From: Chiloscyllium plagiosum
Lineage: Eukaryota
Assembly: GCF_004010195.1 (NCBI RefSeq)
Contig: NC_057719.1
Coordinates: 60,866,809 to 60,930,808, forward strand
Length of the DNA stretch: 64,000 nucleotides
Reading direction: 5' to 3'
Shown: positions 23,982 to 36,724 of the stretch, piece by piece
Layout: each line of letters starts with the position of its first letter
How positions within the stretch are numbered: the first letter of the stretch is position 1
Made by a program: the position numbers and the translations under genes
Notes under the pieces: model-generated
Told to the model about the DNA's origin: nothing
What the model saw: only the letters and a program-made list of their open reading frames with translations
Database searches by the model: none

Positions 23982-25860
23982 ATGTAGAACTTAGTGTTTC
24001 CTTTTGGTTGGTGAATTATTCTAGGAAATTTTATGTAACCTGGCCTCTAGCAGATGTATGGGTGTCAAGTTAATGAAAAAGTCAGCCTTGGAAATGATGT
24101 AGCTATGAAGTAGCTTTTAGTGAAGTGAGAAAACAGCTATCACCATCTAAGGTGTTGGTGCACTAAGCTACCAAATGAGAGATGGTGTTGACATGTGATA
24201 CCTCCACATAGGGTATTGGGTAGTGTTGGCTCACCATATGCCCCAACCATGCATGTTTCCTGGGTTTTAGCTGATTCTGAATGCAAATACACCTAGATGG
24301 AGAAGGAAAAGTTGGTGGTCATTTTCGTGAGTAGGTTCTGTCACTATCTTTCATAATAACTGACCACAAACCCCTGCTAGGGTTACTTGAATAAGACCAG
24401 GCTGTGCTGCCCATAACTTCTCCTCAAATTCAACAGTGGACCCTGATCTTCAGTGTGTACAATTACAAGTTGGAACACCACCCAGGAGGCCAGGTAGCAA
24501 ATGCCACCAGTAGTGCCTCCCTGGAAGAATCCATTCTAGTTTTTAAATTTTCTGAACACTCTTTTTCTGGTCACCATTGATAATATCTGACTGTGGACTC
24601 AAAGATTTTGTTCTGGCAAAACTAACACAGCTTGTGCTAATAGGGAAACAAAAGGCCCAGCTCAACTGGAATTGAAACCTTTCTGAGCATGGTGAGAACC
24701 AGGTCACCGTGGAAGTTGGCATTTTATGGGGAGCAAAGGTGATTGTCCCAAGTGTATGTCACTGTCTGATGCTGGCTGAACTCCTCCAGGGTCTTTCAGG
24801 GGTTTCTGAAATGAAAATAGTGGCTAGAGGTTATGGCTGGTGCTCAAGATTGGATGCTAAGATGGCTGCACTGGTTGGCAGTGTCCAGAGTGCCAATAAG
24901 TACAAAACATTACCACCATATTCATGGTAATGGCTAGGTAAACTCTGGACTCAGTTACACTGACTGTGCCAGTCCTTTCATGGGCTCAATGTTTTTGGTT
25001 ATTATGCATGTCCAGCCAAAGTCATTGGGTGTGAACAAGGTTCATTCAGCAAATTTGGGGATAATGACTGAAAAGCTGCAATTGTTCATGATACAAGGAC
25101 TTCAGGAAGTATTCATCAGACAATGGGATGTCATTTTCCAGCTGGGAATCTGAATATATCCTAAGTTGAATGGTATTTAGCATAATTGGATGATTTATGG
25201 TATGGAGCTGTCCAATGGTCTGGCAGAAAAAGCAGTCCAACTGTTGAAGACAGGCTGAAAGAAAAACCCATGGCTTCATTCGACTCCAAACTGTCTCAGT
25301 TCCTGTTTGATTATAGGACCACCCTCGTGCAACTACAGGAATAGCTCCAGCAGAGTTGCTGATGGGAAGAAGACTCTGCATGTTAAATCTGATATTGCCA
25401 TACCTGGAGTGGAGGGAGAAACGGCAGCAGGAAGCCAGTGCTGGCCACATACCACCTCTAAATGAGACGGTTTGGTGTGGAAACCATGGGAAAGTTCCTA
25501 CAGGGGTGTGAGTTGATGTCGATGTGAGGTCATGTCCTGTGACATACAAAGGATCACCTGAAAACTGCTACCATTCAGAAAGGCTGTCAGAAGCATGGGC
25601 TCGCTCCCTCCGTCTAGCATCAAAGAAACCTCAGAGTCCAAGATGGATGCAGCCTTGATACTGTTACTTCCTGCAGAAGAGAGGAGGAAACTCTCCCAAG
25701 ACATTCCAGGTTCAAGAGATGGGATGCAGCTTGATACATGCCACCTGTATCTCAGTCAGAGGAACTGGGTCTCATCTTAGGAGAAGCTAAAAGAAAAAGA
25801 ACAGGACCATATGCCTAGACTTTCATTGGCTGTCCTGACAAGGATTAGCAGACTTAGAGG
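23982..25860 (+). mobile_element. Gypsy pol remnant (RT end, RNase H, integrase), K02A2.6-like family
   Basis: LTCDTST.GIG.VLAH; ITDHKPLLGLL; ASPFMGSMFLVI; LSQFLFDYRTT; TGIAPAELLMGRRL; many stops. Confidence 0.88.
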
Positions 25861-26139
25861 TTGGGGTAAGAGATGCAGAGGGGATAAGAGAAATAACAAC
25901 ATGTTTACATAATGAGTGGCAATGTACTGGAATTTGCTATTGAAAAGGGAGGTGTAAATAGTGGTGAGCAATGATTTAAAGATGAAATTTGATCAGTATT
26001 TTAGGAAAATAAACTTTTAGTTCTGACAATAAATTGGGAAGAGATGTGACTGGGTTACACTGCAGAGAGCCAGTATGGGCTGGATGCACTCATTATGATA
26101 CAGGAAAAAGTCAGACTTAGTAAAAATTTAATTCTGGCA

Positions 26140-26450
26140 AATTCCATGAAGGGTTTCTCTCCATGAGATTTAGCATGATTTCTCATAGCATTTTTCCAAA
26201 CTGGCATGATTACTTATGCACCATGCTAAAATGGGAAACCATCCATCATATCTCCTTACATGCAGATGTACTTACCACGACCAGGACCAAGGTAGATGTT
26301 CACCAGTTGTACACCTATAAGTCTGGAACTGCCTTTAATGCCTCCTGTTATTTGCCTGCACATGGTGACAAAGGCAGAACTTGGTCTGTCACTTGGAACT
26401 GGAAGCACTGGTGGATGGGTGATACAGAGGATGGTTGTCCCCTTACCCTA
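26140..26450 (+). mobile_element. Possible Harbinger transposase N-terminal remnant
   Basis: Frameshifted SYMQM motif, V.QLY and LP.HGDKGRTWSV resemble the HARBI1-like N-terminus; weak. Confidence 0.3.
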
Positions 26451-27763
26451 GGACTTGTAGAGGAGACCACAACACCAAATCCTGCTAATCTGTTCTGAGT
26501 TTGTTGCCTGGCGCAGTGCAATAGCCACGATAGGCTGAAATGCTCAGCAATGCCGAAAGAAAGTCAAAGACATTCCCTGCTCAATTTATCTCTGTTATTA
26601 CACAGCTTTCTCACCCAAGGTTTATGTTTCTGCCACTCTCATTGTTACATGAAATAGGATCCTTCACTTGCTTTCATCCATCCCAACATCCACTATTCAC
26701 TGTGTTGCCTACTCACATATTATGAACATCACAAGACCTTCTCCCACAGCAGCACTGGTACATAGTTTTCCAAGCAACTTTCATCTCAATCTACTCTTCT
26801 AATTGTCATTCCGGGAAAGAAAAAGTCCTCAATAGGATAGAGGGAGTCAGAATGGGTGACGGGTTGCCAATATTCAGCTGCTTAACCCCTACAAGGAGAG
26901 GATCCTGGCCCTGGCAGGTGAGGACTGTGAGGTTTTGGTGTCACCACATGAATAACCAATGTCTCAGCAACCAAGTAAGAATCCATGTCTATTGCTGCAC
27001 TGCTCTCCCCTTAATGCTACTGTGAATCTATCCTTAACATACCCAATCTTATACTCCTTCACATTCTTGTCTTTTGTTGTGTTCTCCTCTGCAAGTCCTG
27101 GGGCAAGGGGACACCCATTCTCTCTATCATCCATCCACTAGGGCCTCCAGCTCCGAGTGACAAAGTAAGATCTCCCTTTGTCTACCATGTCTGGGCAAAT
27201 AACAGGAAACATTAAAGGCAGTTCCAGACTAACAGGTGTACTGGCATCTGCATGATACCAAAAAAGACCCAGATGGTGGAGGAGCCACACACAAGCCTCC
27301 CAGAAACTTCCTCTGAGGTCAGGCCTTCCATCTTCACCTTAGCTGCTGCCCTGAGCTCTGCCAGTATTCAAGTGAGGGAAGGTGCACCTATCTCTGGGTA
27401 GGACACACACACTCAATATGTCTGAGCCCACAAATCACAATGCACCCAGGAGCAACAAAGCTCCAAGACCAACTCCAAACCAAGACTATTGGCAAGCTCC
27501 CTCCAATCAAATTGCAGACCTGAGGACTGTATCGAGATTTTAATGGAAAGATAAGCATACAGTATTCACTTTTGATCATCAGCTGTATCAGTGAATAACT
27601 TTCTCGATGCAACTAAAAGATTAAAGGTAATGTGTCTTGCCATCTTTAGCCTAACACAATGTTGTGTGGCCCAAGGTGTAAAGTAAGCAGCATTTCATCC
27701 ATGTAGACTGTGGGATATTGGAAGACATTGACCTTGGTTGCCAAAGCAACAATCTTCCCAGGC

Positions 27764-27946
27764 TAGGGGAAAGTGAAGACTGCAAATGCTGGAGATCAGA
27801 GTAGAGAGTGTGTTGCTGGAAAAGCACAGCATCCGAGGAGCAGAAGAATCAACATTTCAGGCAGAAGCCCTTCATCAGGAATGAGGCTTGTATGTTGGGG
27901 CTGAGAGATAAATGGGANNNGGGGGGGGGGGGGGGGGGGGGGGGGG

Positions 27947-27993
<47 letters not shown>

Positions 27994-28853
27994 AGGTAGA
28001 TGGGAAAGCAATAGGTGGATGAAGGCGAGAGAGAGAGTGATAGATCAGAGGGGGAAGTGATGGACAGGTCCAGAGGGTGGTGCCGAGTTGGAGACTTGGG
28101 AACGGGGATAATCTGGGGGGTGGGGAAATGAAAAAGCTGTTGAAATCCAGATTTATCTGGTGTGGTTGCAGGGTCCTAAGGCGGAATATGAGTCGTTCTT
28201 CCTCCAGGCGTCGGATGGTAATGGTTTGGCGGTGGAGGAGGCCCAGGTTCTGCATGCCCTTGAAGGAGGGGGAGTTGAAGTGTTCAGCCACGGGCAGTGG
28301 GGTTTGTCGGTGTGGGTGTCCCAGAGATGTGCTCTGAAATGATCCGCAAGAAGGTGTCCTGTCTCCCCGATCTCAAGGAGACCACACCAGGTGCAACGGA
28401 TTGTACAGGTAAATTTCTGACGGATGTGGAAGAATACTTTGGGGCCTTGGACAGAGATGAGGGGAGTGGTGTGGGCACAGATTTTGTACTTTCTGTGGCA
28501 GGAAAAATAGATAAAGTCCCCTGGGCCTGATGGCATTTATCCTAGGATTCTCTGGGAAATGTTCTATGAAAAGGTGCCAGGAGTGGGGTGTGGACTGGTG
28601 GGGGTTGTGGACCTGACGAGGGGGTCACTGAGGGAATGGTCTTTCTAGAATACTGACCTGATGACCTATCACCTTCTCCCTCACCTTCATCCACCTATCG
28701 TTTTCCTAGCTTCGTTGCTCCCAATCCCACCCCCCCCTCCCATTTCTCAGCCCTGACCCACAAGCCTCATTCTTGATGAAGGGTATCTGCCTGAAATGTC
28801 GATCCTTCTGCTCCTCGGATGCTGCCTGACCTGCTGTGCTTTTGCAGCAAATC
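27764..28853 (-). mobile_element. Penelope-like element 3' part (GIY-YIG endonuclease) with inverted pseudo-LTR ends and 15-bp TSD
   Basis: CTWCGLLEIGETGHLLADHFRAHL...AEHFNSPS...RRLEEERLIFRLRTLQPHQINLDFNSF; inverted ends; TSD ACAATCTTCCCAGGC at 27749-27763 and 28854-28868. Confidence 0.92.
27848..27879 (-). ncRNA. Minimal hammerhead ribozyme-like core in PLE pseudo-LTR
   Basis: CTGATGA-A-GGGC-TTCT-GCCT-GAAA-TGTTGA on the minus strand; mirrored degenerate copy at about 28771-28803. Confidence 0.55.
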
Positions 28854-28979
28854 ACAATCTTCCCAGGCAGCAATACACTGTTTATGCATCACGCTCATTA
28901 TTTGCATTGATTCCTCTTGACCATGATGTAGTCAAGAGTGCTTGAGGCCAAGAGTTTGACCACATAATAGGTCAATGCG

Positions 28980-29140
28980 TAAAACAAACACAGAAAATGC
29001 TGGCAAAACATAGCAAGTCTGGCAACATCTGTGGAGAGAAATATGGAATTAATTTTGTGTATAGTATGACTTCTGAAGTAGTTCTGAGCTTCCAGACCTG
29101 CTTAGTTTCACTCACATTTTCTGCATTTATTTTAGATTTT
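28980..29140. mobile_element. Degenerate PLE-derived palindromic element
   Basis: AAATGCTGGCAAAAC...GTCTGGCAACATCTGTGGAG with inverted CCAGACCTGC...CATTTTCTG. Confidence 0.55.
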
Positions 29141-29644
29141 AGTACACGGCTTTTATATAGGTCAATACCTAAGGTTTACATGAAGTATTTAGTGCTCACA
29201 GGTGTGTTTCACCGACACTGTAGGAATCTATTTAATGCTATTGCCCTTGGAAGGGCTTCACACTGCACAAACTAGAAGCCCTCTCCTTCACTGAAACAGC
29301 CCACCCAAGGTGTGGTAGTAGCCATTTCCAAATCTATTGTGCACCTGATACTTGAATCATGATGAAAGGGAACGGCAGTCTGCCTCGCACAGTGAACATA
29401 CGCACAGGCTCTGAGTGTAGCTTTCCTGCCAAATCCTTACATTCCCTTCTTGATGGCACTCTGTTGACACAATTGGCTTTTCATCTTGCTCATGTTACCA
29501 CCTTCACATTCCCACTTTAGCATCAGGCATATCATGTCATTATGCTAGATTTAGTAATGCACTGTCCATCCCATCGAAGCCAAGCTATCAACGATACACA
29601 TTCTCATATTTCTCCAATCTTCATGTGCTATATCATGATTAGAT

Positions 29645-29838
29645 TACTTACAGTGTGGAAACAGGCCCTTCAGCCCAACAAGTCCACAGCAACCTTCCGA
29701 AGAGCAACCCACCCAGACCCATTCCCCAACATTTACCCCTTCACCTAACACTACAGACAATTTAGCCAGTTCACCTAACCTGCACATTTTTGGACTATGG
29801 GAGGAAACCCACGCAGACACGGTGAGAATGTGCACACT
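29645..29838 (-). mobile_element. HE1-type tRNA SINE (partial)
   Basis: Reverse complement of the SINE body seen at 48720 and 52561 (GGCCTGTTTCCACACTGTA tail). Confidence 0.85.
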
Positions 29839-29984
29839 TTTCCATTATCGGATAACTTCCAAACCCTTTTCAATTGTTATTCTCCTTGCTGTCTATAGAC
29901 CTTACAACAGTTCCCCACATTGCCTCCAACAGCTGTTGTCTCTGATAACCTCCCATGACTTTAAGTGGACGGACCCCCAAGGGA

Positions 29985-31160
29985 GACTTCAGTAAGGCAT
30001 TCAACAAGGTTCCGTATGGTAATTGGTTAGCAAGGTTAGATCACATGGAATACAGGGAGAACCAGCCATTTGGATACAGAAATGGCTTGAAGGTAGAAAT
30101 CAGAGGGCAGTGGTAGAGGGTTGCTTTTCAGACTGGAGGCTGGTGACCAGCGGAATGCCACAAGGATTGGTGCTAGGTCCCCTCCTTTTCATCACTTATA
30201 TAGACAATTTGGACGTGAACATAGGAGGTATGGTTAGTAAGTTTGCAGATGACACCAAAATTAGAGATGTAGTGGATAGTAAAGAAGGTTACCTCAGAGT
30301 ACAGCGGGAGCATGATCAGGTGGCCCACTGGGCCGAGGAGTGGCAGATGGAATTTAATGTAGATAATTCTGAGATGCTGTATTTTGGAAAGGCAAATCAG
30401 GGCAGGACTTATATACTTAATGATAAGGTCTTGGAGAGTGTTGCTGAACAAAGAGACCTTGGAGTGCAGGTTCATAGTTCCTTGTAAGTGGAGTCCCAGG
30501 TGGAGAGGATAGTGAAGAAGGCACTTGGTATGTTTGCCTTTATTGAAGTTGCATTGAGTATAGGAGATGGCAGGTCATGTTGCAGCAGTACAGGACATTG
30601 GTTTGGCCACTTTTGGAATAATGCAAGCAATTCTGGTCTCCCTGTTATAGGAAGGAAGTTGTGAAACTTGAAAGGGTTTAGAAAACATTTACAAGAATGT
30701 TGCCAGATTGGAGGGTTTGAGCTATTGGGAGACACTGAAAAGGCTGGGGCTGTTTTCTCTAGAGTTTTGAAGGCTAACAATGACCTTATACAGGATTATA
30801 ATATCATGAGGGACATGGATAGGTATATAGACAAGATCTTTCCCCTGGGATGGGGGGAGTCCAAACCTAGAGGGTATAGGTTTAAGGTGAGAGGGGAAAG
30901 ATTTAAAAAGCACTTAAGGGGCAACATTTTCACGCAGAAGGTGGTGCATGTATGGAATGAGCTGCCAGAGGAAGTGGTGGAGGATGGTACAATTTCAACA
31001 TTTAAAAGGAATCTGGATGGGTATATGAATGGGAAGTGTTTAGAGGGATCTGGGCCAAATGCTGGCAAATGGGACTATATTTTTTTTCGACAGCTGGTCA
31101 GCATGGACAAGCTGGCCAAAGGGTCTTTTTCCATACTGTACAGCTCTATGATTCTATGAC
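29985..31160 (+). mobile_element. CR1 LINE RT 3' fragment
   Basis: SGMPQGLVLGPLLF...SKFADDTK...WQMEFN; NIFTQKVVHVWNELP; tail CTCTATGATTCTATGA. Confidence 0.95.
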
Positions 31161-31869
31161 TGAACATGGCCTACTCCCTGACTGACTTGGATGGAAACCC
31201 GACTGAGGAGTGAACAGGTCCATGATTAATCTGTGCGCAGCTCCCTGACAGATGTCTCCTGACTTCCAGACTGTTTGCAATGGATCCACAGGGCTGAATG
31301 TTGCTCTCTGCCAGGACTGGGGGAAGCAGACCCATGATCATAACCCAAGCAACCAATGACCATGTCCAAAACCTTGGACTGACATTGCCAGCTGCCCATG
31401 ACTTATTGTGCCGGAGTCCCCTGACTGAAGGGTTGTTTTCCTTGAATTGACTGAGGACTCCTTAGACTTTGAGAGGATTTGAGCTGTAGGGAGATGTTGA
31501 AAAGGCTGAGGTTATTTTCCCTGGAATGCCAGAGGCTGAGGAGTGAACTTAATCAACAGAATTGTCTCCATTCCTGAGGATAGAATTGTTTGCATAACAG
31601 CCAGAGTATGTCAACTCTCTTGGGGCAGATAGTGCTAAGCAATAGGTCAAGTGTTTTCTTCCAAGATATTAATGTGTCACCACACAAATAAATTTGCCTC
31701 TTCTCTTTCTATCAAGTGAACATGTCCATACAATAAAACATTGATGGACTAAAAACAAAAATATTCACTGTCCCTATCTTTTATAGATATGTAGTAGGAA
31801 CATATCTGCCTCATTCTAATGAAAGACTGAGTTATGATCAAAACCTTATAAAAGTTACAAATTACATGT

Positions 31870-32000
31870 GCCAGTGATCATGATAAACTAATCCTCCTCA
31901 TCACTTTTGACCTGTCTGCATGCTTTGACATGACTGATCATCTCATCTAACATCTCTCCTTCATCTAGCAGCGTGGTAAGGAATCACTCATTTATTTCCA
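31870..32000 (+). mobile_element. L2-like LINE RT fragment
   Basis: ILLITFDLSACFDMTDH resembles LLDLSAAFDTVDH. Confidence 0.5.
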
Positions 32001-32009
32001 TTTATTAAT

Positions 32010-33030
32010 CTGGCCCTAATTCTTTGACCATGCTTCTGTTCTAGAATGTTCAACAATTGCAAATAGTTAATTGTTGTCTACCTTGTCTTTCCTTATTAAT
32101 ATCCAATTAGATCACCCCTTAATCTTCTAAATTCTAGAGAATAAAGGCCTAATTTGCCTAATCTCTCATCATAATTTAACGCTGAAGTCCAAGGATCACC
32201 CTTGTAAGCTGCACTGAAACATCCTTCCTAAACTGTGGTGCCCAGGTCTGCCCATTGTACTCTATGTGGGATGTCTAACTCGCATTTTGTATAATTGCAG
32301 CATATCATCTGCATCCCCAAATATCAGCCTTTTATATTATAGGCTTAGCCGTCCTGACTGTTTTCTACATTTGTCTGTGGCATTTCAAAGAGTTATGTAC
32401 CTGACCTCCCACCCACCAATCTCCAGTTAGATATTCATTGTATTTAAAATTGTGCCATCTAAAACATAGCCTGGTCTATCCTTTCTTGGTCTGAAATAGA
32501 TTACCTTACACTAGAGTACATTAAAATTCCTCAGCCACAGTTTTGCCATTCACCTAATCTATCAATATACAGCTGTAATTTTATGCTGTAATCAACATTG
32601 TCTACAATGCTGCCCAATTTTGTGCTGTCAGCAAATTTGGATATTTGACTTCTTATGACATTATCCAAGTCATTGATGAATACTGTCAATAACTGAGGCC
32701 CCAGCACAGGTCCCTACGGGACACCACTGGTCATGTCCTACCAATTTGAGTACTTGCTCATTAATCCAACTCTCTGTTTACTGCCGCTCAATCAGTTTCC
32801 TATTTATGTCAGTAATTTGCCCTCAATCTCATGGGCTTCCACCTTAGCTAACAGTCTCTTGAGTGGCATTTTATCAAAAGCCCTCTGGAAGTCCATATAA
32901 AACAAATCCGCTGACTCACGTCTGCCCACTATCTTTGTCATCTCTTCAAAACACTCTGATGTGTGTCAGGAATGACCTACCCTTGAAGAATCCATGGGGA
33001 TTCTCCCTGATCAACTGAGATTTTTTTGAG
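32010..33030 (-). mobile_element. Old CR1 LINE RT fragment
   Basis: Reverse strand YMDFQRAFDKMP, SGVP.GPVLGP, KFADSTKLG. Confidence 0.85.
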
Positions 33031-34625
33031 GTGATCTTGGTCAGCAGTCAGCAGCATCTCAAGGCATTCTCCATGGGCAGCGACTGCCCATGCCCCACAA
33101 TCATAGAGGTTAGCATCAGACATGTACCAGCCTTTCCACATTCTCATGGCACATCTCCGATTCACTTAGAATACAGTCCTCCACTTCATTGCTGCACTTT
33201 GAAGCACAATGGCACCATAAACTGTAATAAGCTGCATATTGCACACAATCATTCACCTAATGGTTTAGACCACAGTGTATATCAGGAGTTCAGATTGCTT
33301 TCTTAGTGCTCATTCATTTTGCGCGTACTTGGATGATCATAGTATCCCAGCCTCACCATTTTAAGATATGACCCCTCAATTCAGAACATAAAGACTCACA
33401 ATTCTTGTATGTTACCTTGCCATTTAGCACAAGCACAAAGCCAGGAAAATTCTCATGGTTGTCAGAAGTGATCAGCCAAGGGGGTGGACATTTTGCAAAT
33501 GCAAATGTGCTACATAATTGTCTAAATTGTACCATCAGCTGAGGCAGCAAACACATAACATGTGATTCAACCAAATGATCATGACTTAAAGACAAAGGAG
33601 AGGTGACCTTGGTCAAGTCAAGAGAGACAGCTAACCAGGGGCTTGGACATAGTCAGTTAGCCACCTGGGGTGGTCACGGTCAAGAATTGCATATCAGTAC
33701 AATCCAAGGTGTCTGCTAAGGTCAGTTCTGCAAGTCCATGCAACCAGTCCAGCAATCTGTGATACATCAGCAGGGATCTAAAGAAAGATCAGTCAGGGGT
33801 CTGGTCACTCATCAATCAGTGCTGCCCATCCAAGTTAAGGGTGTGGGCCATGGACACTTTGGGATCAGATTAATGCCAGTCGGGGAGCGGGGTGGGGGGG
33901 GGGGTGAGGTTATCAGGCGCCATCGCTGTGGTAGGGAAGTTGGGGAAATCAATTGTGGGAATTGAAGGCAGAATGCGATGATGCAGAGGCGGTAATAATT
34001 GTGAACTCATTAAAAAAAAATAAGGGAAATGGTAAATTTTTGGAGAGCATGATTACAGCATATGGGGTCAGGGTGGCGCATCAATCATTCTGGCTAAAAC
34101 AGTAGCAGCAAAGCCTAATCATTGGCATAACTAAGCTGTAGAACTGCAGCTCAAGGATAATATTTGAAGATGAAGTCAAAAACTGAAGAGATGCATGCAT
34201 GTGGCAATAGCTCAGTACTGATGAGCTCAGCAGGAAGTTCAAGGAAGAATTAAGGTGAAGGGGCCTTGTTTAGCTGTCTAAGCCTGCAAGTCTTTGTACT
34301 AGACATAAACTGTGTTGCCTTCTATATTCACAAATTCACAATGAAATGGGAAATGGGCTGGACCACACCTGGAAATTGCAGAGTAAGTGTTTTATATTCT
34401 GCCTGACATCACAAGCTGTACTTCTAGATATGACTAATCAACCTGTTCACATCTGGAGCAGGCGGACTTGAAGCCAGGCATCTTGGCTTAAAGATAGGCT
34501 CACCATCAAGACACCTTCAAAGCCCGTCAAACTCTCCTTCTAAAAAATGTCTGGCCTTTCCGAGGGATGATTGCAATAATCAGTTCCTTATACAGTACAG
34601 GTTTGAGTCATCTGTAATTATAGTA

Positions 34626-34971
34626 CAGGTGAACAGTCCTTTATTCGAAACGCTTGGGACCAGCTGGTTTTCGGAATTCAGAATTTTTCGAATTTCAGAA
34701 GAAGTGACAGTTTGATGGTGAAATTTTAAAAAGTCTTTCTGAAGAACCGACTCACTGAGTAAAACGGGCGCTGAAACAAAATTGAGGCCTTCCAGTGCGG
34801 GGCCACGCCCCCACACGTCGCATCTGAGTGACATGCATCGGATGGGTGTGGAGTTGGGTAAACTGTTTGCATGTCAAACAACCTTAGTAATGAGAAAAAA
34901 AATTCACAAAAAACCTTCGGACTTTAGGGCTTTTCAGATTTCGGGATTTCAGATAAAGGGTTGTCTATCTA
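34626..34971. mobile_element. Tc1/mariner-Tigger-type MITE
   Basis: Imperfect TIRs CAGGTGAACAGTCCTTTATTCGAAA / TTTCAGATAAAGGGTTGTCTATCTA flanked by TA dinucleotides. Confidence 0.7.
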
Positions 34972-35049
34972 TACCCTCCATGAGTAACTACAGTGTAGGA
35001 TACAAATTTTGGTCAAAAACAATCTTAGCCATGGCACATTGATCATAGT

Positions 35050-35256
35050 TTAAAAAAATCACACAACACCAGGTTATAGCCCAACAGATTTATTTGGAAG
35101 CACTAGCTTTTTGAGCACTGCTCCTTCATCAGGTGTCACCTGATGTAGGAGCGGCGCTCCGAAAGCTAGTGCTTCGAAATAAATCTGCTGGACTATAACC
35201 TGGAGTTGTGTGACTTTTAACTTTGTCCACTCCAGTCTAACACCAGCACCTCCAAG
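35050..35256. mobile_element. PLE-derived palindromic element with degenerate hammerhead cores and 12-bp TSD
   Basis: Inverted arms centred at about 35136; CTGATG(T)AGGAGCGGCGCTCCGAAAGCTA; TSD ATTGATCATAGT at 35038-35049 and 35257-35268. Confidence 0.85.
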
Positions 35257-35889
35257 ATTGATCATAGTCATATTTGTGAAGCAGAAGTAATCACAGGTGA
35301 CCTTGAAAGTGTCAGCTATGGATTACATTCAACAAAGGCAAGACAAGACCTCACTGTCCTTGTAAAGGCACAGACCTGATTCCCTCTCATCTTAAACTCT
35401 AAGTATTTACCAATATCATTTTATATATACTGCCGCATTTTTCAGTAATGCGGTGGCTGGGAGTAGAGGAACTATGTCAAAGATTGATGTAGAAACAATC
35501 CATTTTCTTCCTTGGTGAAGTCTTCCAAGTACTTCTGATATGGAGGACGATGCTAAACCATCATTTATGTGATGAAAATGCAGACTGCTTACATTATTAA
35601 GGATCAATTCTATTTCTGATATTCTTCAGAACTATGATCAATGGATCCGTCCACATCAGGAATCTTCATTCTTGTGGCTGTGGTGCTATGAAGGTGCTAT
35701 TGAAGAGGAATAGATGTAACATCAACCACCAGTGGCTGCCAAACTTCCTCAATATGAAGAGAAGGTCCCATTATGATACCAGGAGGTACACAAAATCCAG
35801 AATTATTGTCCTCAATGTCATTTGTTCGAGATGGGTGAGCCACGATGTCTCTGCAGACTATAGATCTTTTTGCTCACTCGTGGGATATG

Positions 35890-36720
35890 AGCATCACTAG
35901 CTAGATTGAAATTTAATACCTGTCCCTAGTTGCCCTTGTAAAGGTGGTGGTGAGCTGCCTTCTTGACTCTCTGCAGTACATATGCTGTCAGTAGATCCAC
36001 AATGCTATTAAGGAAAGAATTCTAGGATTTTGACTATATGATACTGAAACAACAATATATTTCCACGTCAGGATGGTAAGTGTCATGGAAGAAAACTTGC
36101 TGATAGTGATGTTCCCATTAATCTGTTGTCCTTGATCTTTGTTGAATTTAATCCACAGCTGACACTTTCAAGGTCACCTGTGATTACTTCTCCTTCACAA
36201 ATATGACTATGATCAATCTTGGAAGTGCTGGTGTTGGACTGGAGTGGACAAAGTTAAAAATCACACAACTCCAAGTCATTGGTTTGGGTTTGGTAGGGGG
36301 TGTCTAAGGATCTTTGGTGAATTTCTGCAGTGCACCTTGTTCATGTTACACATTGCTACTAATGAGTGTCAGTGATAGAGGAAGAGTATGCTTGTGGATG
36401 TGGTGCCAATCAAACAGGTTGCTTTGTCCTGGATGGTGTCAAATTTCTTTAGTGTTTTTAGGCTGTAACCATTTAGGCAAGTGGGAATGCACAATCACAA
36501 TCTTGATTTGTGGCTTGTCTATTGTGGGTAGGTTTGGGGGAGACAGGAGATAAGTTACCCTCTGCAGGATTCCTAGTTTCTGATCTGTTCTTGTAGCCAC
36601 TGTATTTCTATGGTAGGTCCAGCTCCATTTCTGATCAATGGTGACTACCAGGATGCTGATAGTGGGGGATTCAGTAATGGTAGGGTGATTAAATGTTAAG
36701 GGGTAGTGGTGAGATTGTCA
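35890..36720 (-). mobile_element. LINE 3' portion (same family as 16390-17256)
   Basis: Reverse complement of AAGGCAGCTCACCACCACCTTTACAAGGGCAACTAGGG tail; interrupted at 36137-36273. Confidence 0.8.
36137..36273 (-). repeat. Inverted copy of 35201-35337
   Basis: Near-identical reverse complement that includes the unique flank beyond the TSD. Confidence 0.9.
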
Positions 36721-36724
36721 GAGA

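Noticed and set aside
27918-27992. Poly-G run giving poly-Pro/poly-Gly ORFs
   Set aside because: It abuts an NN gap and is most likely a sequencing or assembly artefact expanding a short G tract in the PLE
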